Assembly: GCA_964359035.1 (NCBI GenBank)
Contig: CAYHRM010000001.1
Coordinates: 1-35,530, forward strand
Origin: an uncultured Planctomycetales bacterium
Lineage (GTDB): Bacteria; Omnitrophota; Gorgyraeia; Gygaellales; Profunditerraquicolaceae
Length of the DNA stretch: 35,530 nucleotides
Reading direction: 5' to 3'
Positions 1 to 9,466 of this stretch are shown piece by piece. Under the pieces are notes generated by a model. The model was not told the DNA's origin and ran no database searches. It saw only the letters and a list, made by a program, of their open reading frames with translations. A program made the translations under genes and the position numbers. Position 1 is the first letter of the stretch. Each line of letters begins with the position of its first letter.

Positions 1-462
1 TCGAGAGTCATAATGAGAACAAGTAATTATGCCTTGGGCTTTCCGACATGAGCTAGGAGAAAAAAATCCGAAAGATATCCTTTCCGGAATGCTGTAATGC
101 GAAGCATGGGAATTACAAGAAACATCCCAGCAGCCAATAACGGTCTTGGGGCAATACGATAACAGCGGAGCCGAATACCAAGGCGCAAAAAACAAATCCA
201 GTTTTGCTTTTTTAACCGCAAAAGGCATAAGTAGCTGTTCTCCTAGGATTCTGCGGCTTTTCAATAATTTCGGACCTTTAATTAATACGCTCTCAAATAA
301 ACTGTTTTTCAAGAATACATCGGACGGAATACGGTTTTGAAAAAATAGCACATACCTATGTTTTTTCGACATCCGAGGCCATAGTTTGAGCATATTAATT
401 AAATACCTAGTAACTCCTCCGATATTCCATTCCAGGCATCTAGCATCAATTCCTATTCTCAT
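1..462 (-). CDS. Glycosyltransferase, GT-B fold / family 4-like; N-terminal 154 codons, gene continues past the window start
   Basis: The frame is open from the ATG at 462 to the window edge, so it has no stop and is missing from the supplied track. My translation is MRIGIDARCLEWNIGGVTRYLINMLKLWPRMSKKHRYVLFFQN...AKLDLFFAPWYSAPLLSYCPKTVIGCWDVS... This is the usual N-terminal layout of GT4 (RfaG/WbdA-like) enzymes. Purine-rich AAGAGGAAGAA lies directly upstream. The ATG is 13 nt after the methyltransferase stop. Confidence 0.7.
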   Translation of the reverse strand, partial: MRIGIDARCLEWNIGGVTRYLINMLKLWPRMSKKHRYVLFFQNRIPSDVFLKNSLFESVLIKGPKLLKSRRILGEQLLMPFAVKKAKLDLFFAPWYSAPLLSYCPKTVIGCWDVSCNSHASHYSIPERISFGFFSPSSCRKAQGIITCSHYDSR

Positions 463-475
463 TTCTTCCTCTTAA

Positions 476-1300
476 TTATGCTTTGATTCCGTAAATTGTA
501 TAAGTTATTCCTAAGTTTTTGGTAAATAAATTTTTAGTTGCATTGAATTTACGCCAATATGGAGTAAGCTTCTGCATCAGGTTAACATAAACTCTTTGAA
601 GCGAAAGCGGTAAAGCCAAAACGGGAAAAGGTGAAGTGACTAAACCAACCACAGAATTTAATCCGGCATTTCTACACATGTCAAGATAACCCTTTAAAGG
701 TAATGCACTCACCTTATAATCAGTGGGAATGTTTCTGACCATTCTAAAAACATCATTAAATCTTCCTCTAAATAAATTCATTGCTGAACAAGCAACGGTC
801 CTCTCAACATCTGCTATCGTCTGAATACTAAATTTATTTGGTACCAAGTTAGCCGCAAAGATTCCCCCCGGCTTTAAAACACGCACCATTTCATCAATTG
901 GTTTTTGAGCATTATCAAAAAATTCCAATACCCCTCCGCTAAAAACTATATCAAATTGCTTTTCCTTAAGACAAAGATTGTTCATATCTGAAATAATAAA
1001 CCGAGCTCCTAAAAATAACCGGTTAAGGTTAGCTTCGGCTTGTTTCAGTGCCGTTTCAGAATAGTCAAGCAAAGTACATTGGTAACCGCGCTGGGCCATA
1101 TACCCAGAAACATTGGCGCTGCCGCATCCGCATTCAAGCATTTTTTTTCCAGAAGCTAACTTTACAAATATATCAAACCAGTATTCGCAGGCCATTCTGC
1201 GGACTAAATCACTATACGGATGGCAAATGCTTTCAGTAAATACAGCTGAAGAAGATTGTTTTGACCAAAAGCCTTCCCACCATTCTTTAGTATTACTCAT
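476..1300 (-). CDS. Class I SAM-dependent methyltransferase
   Basis: 274 aa. Motif I is LECGCGSANVSGYMAQRG, the acidic loop is LLDYSE and the post-II motif is VLKPGGIFAAN. The ATG shares 1 nt with the upstream stop (TAATG). Confidence 0.85.
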   Translation of the reverse strand: MSNTKEWWEGFWSKQSSSAVFTESICHPYSDLVRRMACEYWFDIFVKLASGKKMLECGCGSANVSGYMAQRGYQCTLLDYSETALKQAEANLNRLFLGARFIISDMNNLCLKEKQFDIVFSGGVLEFFDNAQKPIDEMVRVLKPGGIFAANLVPNKFSIQTIADVERTVACSAMNLFRGRFNDVFRMVRNIPTDYKVSALPLKGYLDMCRNAGLNSVVGLVTSPFPVLALPLSLQRVYVNLMQKLTPYWRKFNATKNLFTKNLGITYTIYGIKA

Positions 1301-2418
1301 TATCCCCGCTTCTCAGATATAATTGCCTCTACCGCCGAAACGACCTCATCTATTTGTGTTTCTTTAAGCGCAAGTCCAGATGGTAAATATAAACCTTGCG
1401 CCGAGATTTTTTCTGTTACTGGATAATTTTGGCCCTTAAATAAACCTAAGTTTTGCAGAACCGGCTGCTGATGCATCCCGATGAAAAATGGCCGTGCTTC
1501 AATGCCTCTTTGTTTAAGCGCAGTAATCATCTCATCCGCATTAATACCTAAACAATCAGCTAATTCTATACAATACATCCAGTAAACAGTTTTAGCCCAA
1601 GATTTTTCAACCTGTGTTTTTATTCCTTTAATCGAAGAAAATCTCTTTTTATAATATTGCCCCAGTCTTCTCTTGATTTTAATAAATTCATCAATCCGCC
1701 CCATTTGAGCCACGCCAATTGCCGCTTGCAAATTGGTTATCCGGTAATTATTACCCAATTCTGTATGATAGAATCTTCTTTCTGGCTTAAAACAAAGATT
1801 TCGATATGATTTGGCCCTTTCTGACATCTTCTTATTCCTCGTAATGACCATCCCGCCTTCACCGGTAGTAATAATTTTGTTCGCAAAAAATGAGAATGCG
1901 GCAATATCGCCGATACTGCCGCACTTTCTGTTCTTATACTCTGCTCCGTGAACTTCTGCGGCATCTTCAATAACAATCAAATTATGTTTTTTGGCTATTT
2001 GCATAACCGGATCCATATCCACCGGATGGCCATAAATATGAACAGGCATTATCCCCTTGGTCTTACGAGTAATCTTTGATTCAATCTGCGTTACATCCAT
2101 ATTCCAAGTATCCGACTCAGCATCAACCAAAACAGGAATAGCTCCTAGTCGTAAGATTGCTAAGACACATGAAATAATAGTAAAAGATGGTAAAATAACC
2201 TCATCTCCTTTACCAATACCTGCAGCAAACAAAGCTGTTTCAAGAGCTGCTGTACCATTACAAACAGCTATTCCGTAATCTACTCCGATATAAGAAGAAA
2301 ACAATTGTTCAAATTTACAGACAAAAGGTCCGTCAGAAGATATCCACCCTGAATTAATACATTCGGCTAATAATTCTTTTTCGCGTCCGTTTAATAATGG
2401 CTGATTTACCGGTATCAT
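1300..2418 (-). CDS. DegT/DnrJ/EryC1-family PLP sugar aminotransferase, perosamine-synthase-like
   Basis: 372 aa with NGTAALETAL, EDAAEVHGA and the PLP-lysine box FSFFANKIITTGEGGMV. It lies two genes downstream of gmd, so a GDP-4-keto-6-deoxymannose aminotransferase is the best guess. The specificity is inferred, not shown. Confidence 0.85.
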   Translation of the reverse strand: MIPVNQPLLNGREKELLAECINSGWISSDGPFVCKFEQLFSSYIGVDYGIAVCNGTAALETALFAAGIGKGDEVILPSFTIISCVLAILRLGAIPVLVDAESDTWNMDVTQIESKITRKTKGIMPVHIYGHPVDMDPVMQIAKKHNLIVIEDAAEVHGAEYKNRKCGSIGDIAAFSFFANKIITTGEGGMVITRNKKMSERAKSYRNLCFKPERRFYHTELGNNYRITNLQAAIGVAQMGRIDEFIKIKRRLGQYYKKRFSSIKGIKTQVEKSWAKTVYWMYCIELADCLGINADEMITALKQRGIEARPFFIGMHQQPVLQNLGLFKGQNYPVTEKISAQGLYLPSGLALKETQIDEVVSAVEAIISEKRG

Positions 2419-2423
2419 AACGA

Positions 2424-2828
2424 TTAATCCTTTTCCTTCTGGAACTTTTCTTTATCCTCAATATAAGGACCGTTTTTTACTTCAATAATCGTAGCTGCTT
2501 CCAAAATCTTAATTCCATGACCTCCTTCAACCAATAAAATTACATCTCCAGCCGATAATTTTCTGCTCTCCAGATAAGTTTTATCAGCTAAATAAAAATC
2601 AATCTCGATTACTCCGCTTTTAACAAAAAGCACTTCATGGGTTCCCAAAGTATTCCTGGTCACAAGCTTATGGATATGCGGTTTCACCTCATGCCCTGCC
2701 GGGTGGCTCAAATAACCCAATTGCAATTGGGCGTTGTTATCCGTAAGGAAAGAAATTCCTTCATTATGGAAATCTTTCCGCAGAATTATTGCGATTAATT
2801 TATTTTGATATACAATTCTCTCAATCAT
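2424..2828 (-). CDS. Small cupin-fold protein (WbuC / sugar ketoisomerase-like), function unresolved
   Basis: 134 aa with a single cupin signature, HPAGHEVKPHIH ... GDVILLVEGGHG. It overlaps the gmd stop by 8 nt. This is a family-level call only. Confidence 0.55.
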   Translation of the reverse strand: MIERIVYQNKLIAIILRKDFHNEGISFLTDNNAQLQLGYLSHPAGHEVKPHIHKLVTRNTLGTHEVLFVKSGVIEIDFYLADKTYLESRKLSAGDVILLVEGGHGIKILEAATIIEVKNGPYIEDKEKFQKEKD

Positions 2829-3876
2829 CTATACTAATATAGCGAGACAACGTTTTTCTTTCATCCGGATAATTTATCGCATCCCACGGAAACCGCTCTC
2901 CTTTTTGCCATCCTTCCCAGCGCTTAATATCCTCCTTAACCATTATTTCAACTAATTGCTTAAACGCAACTTTAGGAGTCCAACCTAAAATCTTTTTTGC
3001 TTTTGTAGAATCACCACATAGCTTATGAACCTCTAAAGGTCTAAAAAACTTTTTATCAATCACGATATATTTTTTATAATCCAAATTAACATGTTTAAAA
3101 GCAACGTCTAAAAGCTCTTCTATGGAATGCATCTGTCCTGTGGCAATTACAAAATCCTGAGGTTTATCCTGTTGTAAAATCATCCACATTGATTCCACAT
3201 AATCTACAGCAAAACCCCAGTCTCTTTGCGCATTAATATTACCCAATGTTATATTTTTACTAAACCCAAGTTGAATCTTGGCAACCGCATTAGTAATCTT
3301 ACGGGTTACAAATTCCAGCCCCCTTAACGGAGACTCGTGATTAAAAAGAATCCCATTGGCCGCAAACAAACCATAAGCCTCCCGATAAATCCTAGTTGTC
3401 CAGTAGCCATACAACTTAGCAGCCGCATAAGGACTCCGCGGATGAAAAGGAACTTCTTCATTTTGCTTATAATCATAAATGCCACCGTATAATTCGCTTG
3501 TAGAAGCCTGATAAAATTTAATTTTGGGGTTTATCTGCCTGATTATTTCCAGAATCCTAGTTGTCGCCATACCAGAAACATCCGTAGTATTAATCGGTTG
3601 CTCAAAAGATGCGCCGACAAAACTCTGGGCAGCAAGATTATATATCTCATCCGGTCCAGAAATTCTAATTGCTTCAAACAAAGAAGCGCTATCTGAAAGT
3701 TCTGCCGGGATTAGTTCAATTTTATCAAAAATATTTAAATACTGTAGCCTCCAAAAATTAGGAGAAGAAAGCCTGCGGTAAGTACCATATACTTTATAAC
3801 CTTTATTAAGTAAAAATTGGGCAAGGTAAGAACCGTCCTGCCCCGTTATCCCGGTGATTAGTGCTTTTTTATACAT
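2821..3876 (-). CDS. gmd: GDP-mannose 4,6-dehydratase
   Basis: 351 aa. ALITGITGQDGSYLAQFLLNKGYKVYGTYRR and YAAAKLYGYWTTRIYREAYGLFAANGILFNHESPLRG are textbook Gmd motifs. Confidence 0.93.
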   Translation of the reverse strand: MYKKALITGITGQDGSYLAQFLLNKGYKVYGTYRRLSSPNFWRLQYLNIFDKIELIPAELSDSASLFEAIRISGPDEIYNLAAQSFVGASFEQPINTTDVSGMATTRILEIIRQINPKIKFYQASTSELYGGIYDYKQNEEVPFHPRSPYAAAKLYGYWTTRIYREAYGLFAANGILFNHESPLRGLEFVTRKITNAVAKIQLGFSKNITLGNINAQRDWGFAVDYVESMWMILQQDKPQDFVIATGQMHSIEELLDVAFKHVNLDYKKYIVIDKKFFRPLEVHKLCGDSTKAKKILGWTPKVAFKQLVEIMVKEDIKRWEGWQKGERFPWDAINYPDERKTLSRYISIDD

Positions 3877-5284
3877 ATGATATTCCTTTCAATAATGTCG
3901 TAAATTTTTTATAAGTGCCGCTTATCCCCTCATTAATTAGTTTATTCTTCACTAAACCTAAAGCATATAAAGGATGTTTTTTCATATAATTTAATCGTAT
4001 TCTATTTTCCGACCAAATCCTTAATCTATTCAATTCTTCAGGTTCAAAAGAAGTAAAATTAACCAGAGTAGGGGCATCAGACATATATCCGCCTTCGAGA
4101 TTTTCGAGAAAAGTTACCTCATCTTTAATTATTTTGTTATTAACACAATCATCCCAAAGCGGGCTTCCCGGCAATGGCGTTATGGGCGAAAATTCAACGA
4201 AAGGCTCATCAACTCTTCTAAAAAATTCAATTGTTTCTTTGATCGTTAACATATCTTCCCCAGGATACCCAAATGTAAATTGTAAAACCGGTTTTAATCC
4301 AGCCTTCTTGGTAAATTTGATAATTTCTTCTGCTTTCTTTATTTCAATCTTTTTATTCATGGCATTCAAAATTTTTTGGCTGGCTGATTCTATGCCATAT
4401 CCGATTGAGGTGCATCCAGACTGTTTCATCTTTCTTAGGATCTCTTCATCAATTAAATTAATTCTTCCCTGGCAACTCCAGCTAACCTTTAAAGGAGAAA
4501 TATTTTCGCAAATCTCCAATATCCTGTTTTTATTAGTAATTAATAATTCATCGCTAAAAAAAATCCGCCTTACTCCGTATTTGGTTTTAAGAAATGAGAT
4601 TTCTTCCATAATATCCTTTATCGGCCTTAGCCTGATACCGGAAAATGATTTGGAACAAAAAGTACACTCATAAGGGCATCCTCTGCCACATGATATATTC
4701 AATGTCTTTTGGCCCTGGCTTAACCCGGAATGCGAAAGTTTATCGATATAGATATCCATCGGGAATATTTCATATGGAATACGGGGCAAACTATGCAAAT
4801 CTTTTATATATTCCCTCGGAGGATTTACCTCTATCTCAACGCCGCTCTTATAGGCAATACCCTTTACTCCGGAAAGATTATTTAAATTTGCCAATAATTC
4901 CTTGATAGTATTTTCACCTTCGCCTATCACGCATATATCCACATCCGTAGTCTCAAGAACAATCTTAGCGCTATACGTTGCCAATACCCAACCAAGAATT
5001 ATTTCCTTATCTTTATGCAATTCTTTAATTTTTGATGCCAACCATTTGACGTATTTATACTGTGTGCTCATAGCACTGATGCCTATAACATCAAACACAT
5101 TATCCTTAATAATGCTCATAACTTTTTCATCCGATAAACCCAAAGCATAAATATCCAGAATCTCAACTTCATGCCTTGCTTCTAGAATTGCCCCGGCTAC
5201 GTATCCTAAACCCACAGGAAAGAAAACTTCTTTACGGGTTTTATCTTGATACCTATTAGGAAGATTTATAAGAAGTATTTTCAT
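3869..5284 (-). CDS. Cobalamin (B12)-binding-domain radical SAM enzyme (class B-like)
   Basis: 471 aa. The N-terminus has a Rossmann-like B12-binding layout (KILLINLP...FPVGLGYVAGAILEARHEVEILD...DVIGISAMS). The CxxxCxxC cluster motif CGRGCPYECTFC follows. It overlaps both neighbouring genes (1 nt and 8 nt). Confidence 0.85.
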   Translation of the reverse strand: MKILLINLPNRYQDKTRKEVFFPVGLGYVAGAILEARHEVEILDIYALGLSDEKVMSIIKDNVFDVIGISAMSTQYKYVKWLASKIKELHKDKEIILGWVLATYSAKIVLETTDVDICVIGEGENTIKELLANLNNLSGVKGIAYKSGVEIEVNPPREYIKDLHSLPRIPYEIFPMDIYIDKLSHSGLSQGQKTLNISCGRGCPYECTFCSKSFSGIRLRPIKDIMEEISFLKTKYGVRRIFFSDELLITNKNRILEICENISPLKVSWSCQGRINLIDEEILRKMKQSGCTSIGYGIESASQKILNAMNKKIEIKKAEEIIKFTKKAGLKPVLQFTFGYPGEDMLTIKETIEFFRRVDEPFVEFSPITPLPGSPLWDDCVNNKIIKDEVTFLENLEGGYMSDAPTLVNFTSFEPEELNRLRIWSENRIRLNYMKKHPLYALGLVKNKLINEGISGTYKKFTTLLKGISYV

Positions 5285-6753
5285 TATAAAACTATCTCAC
5301 TTTTTTTATTTAATAAGGTTTTAATCGTTGTAAAAATCCCCTTATATTGCGCCTGAAACAATGCCGCAAAAATAAGGGTTATTACCAAAGCGCTGATAAA
5401 AGCCATAATAAATTCTGAGTAATTTAAAATATTAAATAATAATTTTAACAAAATTATTATTACCCCACCCAAGATAAACGGCAAAAACAGTCTAAAAATC
5501 GACTTAAATATTTCAAGATAACCGTCCCCAACATACCTGAATGCGCAAGAAATGATGAATATACTATAAAGAGAAAACAAAAACGCGGTTACAACAGCAA
5601 CGCCGGTTATATTATTTGTAAATTTTATGACAAAATAATTCCCGGTTAACATCAGGATAATTCCAATAGCTTGAGCCAGGATAATAACCCTCTGTTTATT
5701 TACTGCCACCAGAAAATTTCCAGTAATTGTTGCCAAAGAAATAAAAAATACCCCGATAATTATGAAGTTAGCCGATTTTATTCCCGCTAGATACTTATAA
5801 AAAAAAGTTTTATACATAAACGGCAGAGATGCTATCAAAAGGCAACTGGTCAAGGCAACAATATAGCTCATTAATGCCATTACTTTATGAATATACAATT
5901 TAAATTTTAGCAGGTCATTATCTTTACCAAACTTTTCGCGTATCAACGGAAAAATTACATAAGCAAATACAGACATCATCCCAAATAAAAGATTCGAAAT
6001 TGATACACCAAAAGCATAATAACCTAATTGGGATTTCTCCAAGTATTTTGCAATCACCCAGCGGTCAATACTCGTGAATATCGTAAACCCAATACCGATA
6101 ATAACCAAAGGAAAACCCGTATGAATAATCCTTATTAACCTGCTGACGCTCAAATTAATTTTAAAGGTCAGTTTTGAACGTAACATACAAAATAGGAGAG
6201 AGATTGCATATGCCATAATTAAAGCTACCAGCGTAGCATATAATTTATTAAAAACAGATTTATAAGCCAGAAGCAACAGTAAGACCGAAGAAACTGCCAA
6301 TACCGCATTTGTTATGCCTATGGTACCGAATTTTTTATCTGCTCTTAACACCGTCAGATAAAAATTTTGCAGTGCAGACGTAAAAACTAATACTGACAAT
6401 AACCTTACGCCTACATTAACTTCGCTTGAATGCGAGAAAAACGGGAAAAATGATACTACTAATAAAGTTACGGCCAAAGCTAAATACGCAATATTAAACC
6501 AGGTAAATGCTACATTCTTTACATTGGCGACTTCTTCATAATTTAATTTCCCTCTTAAAAAAGGGATTGTTTTATCCATACCAGAAAGTATCCCTAACTC
6601 ACACCAAAGACCATAAGAAAGAATTACTGTAAATAAATTAAACACGCCATAGATTGCCGGATCCAAAGCCCTAGCAATTATAAATACCTTTGCAATATTA
6701 AAAGGGTATGAAATGATGTTCCCGGTTAATACTTTTATTGATCCTTTAATCAT
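5284..6753 (-). CDS. Wzx-type polysaccharide flippase (MOP superfamily)
   Basis: 489 aa, very hydrophobic, with roughly 12-14 hydrophobic segments by eye. Size and context are typical of O-unit or EPS flippases. Family-level call. Confidence 0.75.
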   Translation of the reverse strand: MIKGSIKVLTGNIISYPFNIAKVFIIARALDPAIYGVFNLFTVILSYGLWCELGILSGMDKTIPFLRGKLNYEEVANVKNVAFTWFNIAYLALAVTLLVVSFFPFFSHSSEVNVGVRLLSVLVFTSALQNFYLTVLRADKKFGTIGITNAVLAVSSVLLLLLAYKSVFNKLYATLVALIMAYAISLLFCMLRSKLTFKINLSVSRLIRIIHTGFPLVIIGIGFTIFTSIDRWVIAKYLEKSQLGYYAFGVSISNLLFGMMSVFAYVIFPLIREKFGKDNDLLKFKLYIHKVMALMSYIVALTSCLLIASLPFMYKTFFYKYLAGIKSANFIIIGVFFISLATITGNFLVAVNKQRVIILAQAIGIILMLTGNYFVIKFTNNITGVAVVTAFLFSLYSIFIISCAFRYVGDGYLEIFKSIFRLFLPFILGGVIIILLKLLFNILNYSEFIMAFISALVITLIFAALFQAQYKGIFTTIKTLLNKKSEIVL

Positions 6754-6756
6754 TAT

Positions 6757-7416
6757 TTATCCAATTTTTTTAAGTAAAATAAAGGCCTCAGCAAAACGGC
6801 AACCAGCAGTTGCGCCTCTATATGTAGCCAGTGCGAGAATATTATCAACGCTACGTGGAAAAGGAACAGGGCCCAATTCATTCTTATAGTTTCTGACTAT
6901 TTTTATTTTTTTACTCATAAATTCAGAGATATCGATAAAATAATTTGGAACAAACCCGTTTTCACTACTAGCAAAATCAGTTTCAGATAAAATTTCCATC
7001 ATAAGGACTTCTTTAATGAACGGCATACGAAAAACCTTTGTGCATGAATACACAACTTCGAAAACAATCCTGTGATCAGAATGTACATCACTTTTAAATG
7101 GCAGAATAATAACCGAGGGTTTTACAGTATTCAATATATTTTTTACTTTATCAATCAATTCTGCTTTAGGATACTCTGACAAGCTGCAGGGCTTTAAAGC
7201 AAAATTATAAAACTTATCAAAAAAATACGCTTTTATTACTTTCTTTATTTGGCACCTTCTTCTATTCACCTCATTAGCAGGATATCCATATTCCTGGCTC
7301 ATATCGGTAAAATTAAGCCAGAATATCTTATTGCCTTCTTTCTTAAATTTTAAAAGAGAACCTCCGGCACCTAAAGTTTCATCATCAGGATGCGGCGAAA
7401 TAACTAATATCTTCAT
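6757..7416 (-). CDS. PIG-L/LmbE-family N-acetyl-sugar deacetylase
   Basis: 219 aa with VISPHPDDETLGAGG and the metal-binding box DVHSDHRIV. An ATGA overlap joins it to the upstream formyltransferase. Confidence 0.85.
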   Translation of the reverse strand: MKILVISPHPDDETLGAGGSLLKFKKEGNKIFWLNFTDMSQEYGYPANEVNRRRCQIKKVIKAYFFDKFYNFALKPCSLSEYPKAELIDKVKNILNTVKPSVIILPFKSDVHSDHRIVFEVVYSCTKVFRMPFIKEVLMMEILSETDFASSENGFVPNYFIDISEFMSKKIKIVRNYKNELGPVPFPRSVDNILALATYRGATAGCRFAEAFILLKKIG

Positions 7417-8297
7417 AGATAATCCCCCTTGTTGATAGGCAAATCCACATCTACTTTAATCAAAATGCAATTATCCCCGGCTTTAATCAAAAACCTCTTT
7501 TTAGAATAAGCCCGGAGTACTTTCCCCGGCTCTATGTTGGCACACCCGAAAAGTTTTACTTCCTTAGCATTCCAAACCTTAACCTCTTCGCCCTTATATA
7601 TAAAATGCGCGCCAGGATACGGATGAGTTAGCGCCCTTACTAGATTATATATAGAAAACGAGGACATCCGCCAATCAATTACCCCGTCATTTATTGTTCT
7701 TTTACGCCAATAAGTTGCCTTAACGTTATTTTGTTTTATCTTGATAATTTTATTACCCTTCAATAACGGCAAGAACTCCGTTAGTTGCTGAGCCGCCGAA
7801 GAAGCTATCTTAATATACAAGCTTGCGGCATCATCTTGATAAGAAATCCTTACTTTACGTTGAGACAAAATATCTCCGTTATCCGCTCCTTTTTTCATAA
7901 AGAAAAAGGTTGACCCTGTTTCCCGCAAGCCCAAGACTAAGGCCCAAATCAACGGATGGCGGCCGCGGTTTTGCGGAAGCAATGCCGGATGGTACCCAAT
8001 AACGCCCATTTTAGGAATACGCAATAATTCCGGCTTAAGTAATTCCGACCAGCCAAAACAGAATACTGCATCTGGCGCTATGTTTTTAATCAAATCTATG
8101 TTTTGCTTTAGATTAATGGATCGAACATAGCTATAGGGAATACCGGCTTCTCTGCAGAATGTTCTCAAATCAGTAAAATCGGAATTAAGGGTTGAAGCTT
8201 GCTTGGTAAAAACATGCGCCACCTCAGCTTTCAAACCAACTAATTTCCTTAACATTATTTCCGAAAATCTTACCGTACCTATAAAAACTATCTTCAT
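7413..8297 (-). CDS. Formyltransferase (Fmt/ArnA N-domain-like), probable sugar N-formyltransferase
   Basis: 294 aa with the N10-formyl-THF transferase core GYHPALLPQNRGRHPLIWAL ... ADNGDILSQ and a C-terminal Fmt-like domain. It has ATGA overlaps at both ends. Confidence 0.82.
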   Translation of the reverse strand: MKIVFIGTVRFSEIMLRKLVGLKAEVAHVFTKQASTLNSDFTDLRTFCREAGIPYSYVRSINLKQNIDLIKNIAPDAVFCFGWSELLKPELLRIPKMGVIGYHPALLPQNRGRHPLIWALVLGLRETGSTFFFMKKGADNGDILSQRKVRISYQDDAASLYIKIASSAAQQLTEFLPLLKGNKIIKIKQNNVKATYWRKRTINDGVIDWRMSSFSIYNLVRALTHPYPGAHFIYKGEEVKVWNAKEVKLFGCANIEPGKVLRAYSKKRFLIKAGDNCILIKVDVDLPINKGDYL

Positions 8298-9466
8298 ATA
8301 TTGAATTTTATATCAAAAAACTTCTTTTTCATCTCCGTGATTACCTTTTGCTTTCTTTCAATTATTCTAACAATTCTTTTTGCCGTCCGGCCATCTCCAT
8401 AAGGATTCTTTAGATTACCGCATCTTCGCTTAAACTCCGCAGAAAAAACCTTGTTCAGTGCAGCCAAAATAGCTGGCGTTTTAGAGAGGCAGTCAATAAC
8501 GTTACCTGCCTTTAACCTGCCCCGTTGACGATCGCCAATATTTATCGTTGGCTTCTTAAAAGACGGAGTTTCAATTATCCCGCTTGAAGAATTTCCCAAT
8601 ACCACATCAATATATTTTAATGTGGAAAGATACCGGACCCTTCCTAGCGAAACGAAAACCACGGCACGCTGCGAATTATTTTTTACAAAATTATGGATAA
8701 GCTTTATGATAATGCGGCCATCGGTATCAGAATTTGGCATTGTAAAAATTACTCTTAAATCTTTGCGCGCTTCTAAGGCGGATAAAATCTCCATAAAATG
8801 AACCTTAGAACTTCTCTTCTCCAATGTCACAGGATTAAAAGTTACAAGTATTGACTTTGCTCCAAATTCAAAATTTAAGTTTCGCTCTAAATCCTTTTTC
8901 GATATATAGTCAAGATTCCTGATATTATCGATGCCTAATGCGCCCACATTAAAAACCCGATTCGGCTCCTCTCCAAGCTGAATGACCCGCCTTCTATAAA
9001 CTTCTGTTGAAACAAAATGTAACAGGCTCATTTTTGTTATGGAATGCCTTATGGCGTCATCAATAAGCCCTTCAGTCAATTCTCCGCCATGCAAATGAAT
9101 TATCGGAATATTAGCGATGAAAGCGGATATTGCTGCAGCAAAAATTTCAAACCTATCCCCCAATACAATAACCATATCCGGGTTTAAACTTTTAAAAGCA
9201 TCCGCGAAACCCGCACAACCTAGGCTAATCGACTTAGTAATCGCAACCGCTGAATCTTGAGTGGATAAAACCCTGATTTTCTTTGCGATTTTAAACCCAT
9301 CAGCCTCAATCTCTTTATAAGTGGAACCAAACTCAGAAGATAGATGCATCCCGGTAGCCACTATTTGCAACTTAAATGCGGCTGTTAACGAAAGAACCTT
9401 AATCAAAGGATAAAGCAGCCCATATTCAGCCCTGCTCCCCGTAATAACACAAATAGTCTTTTTCAT
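8294..9466 (-). CDS. legG: Hydrolysing NDP-N-acetylhexosamine 2-epimerase (NeuC/LegG family)
   Basis: 390 aa with TGSRAEYGLLYPLIKVL, IIHLHGGELTEGLIDDAIRHSITKMSLLHF and GNSSSGIIE. Confidence 0.88.
   Translation of the reverse strand: MKKTICVITGSRAEYGLLYPLIKVLSLTAAFKLQIVATGMHLSSEFGSTYKEIEADGFKIAKKIRVLSTQDSAVAITKSISLGCAGFADAFKSLNPDMVIVLGDRFEIFAAAISAFIANIPIIHLHGGELTEGLIDDAIRHSITKMSLLHFVSTEVYRRRVIQLGEEPNRVFNVGALGIDNIRNLDYISKKDLERNLNFEFGAKSILVTFNPVTLEKRSSKVHFMEILSALEARKDLRVIFTMPNSDTDGRIIIKLIHNFVKNNSQRAVVFVSLGRVRYLSTLKYIDVVLGNSSSGIIETPSFKKPTINIGDRQRGRLKAGNVIDCLSKTPAILAALNKVFSAEFKRRCGNLKNPYGDGRTAKRIVRIIERKQKVITEMKKKFFDIKFNI

Noticed and set aside
4134-4673. The plus-strand ORFs in the track, for example 4134..4673, 13051..13476, 25244..25714, 26870..27247, 9548..9856 and 35001..35267.
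   Set aside because: All lie antisense to well-supported minus-strand genes. They have low-complexity or hydrophobic shadow composition and no motifs or SD sequences, so I treat them as shadow ORFs.
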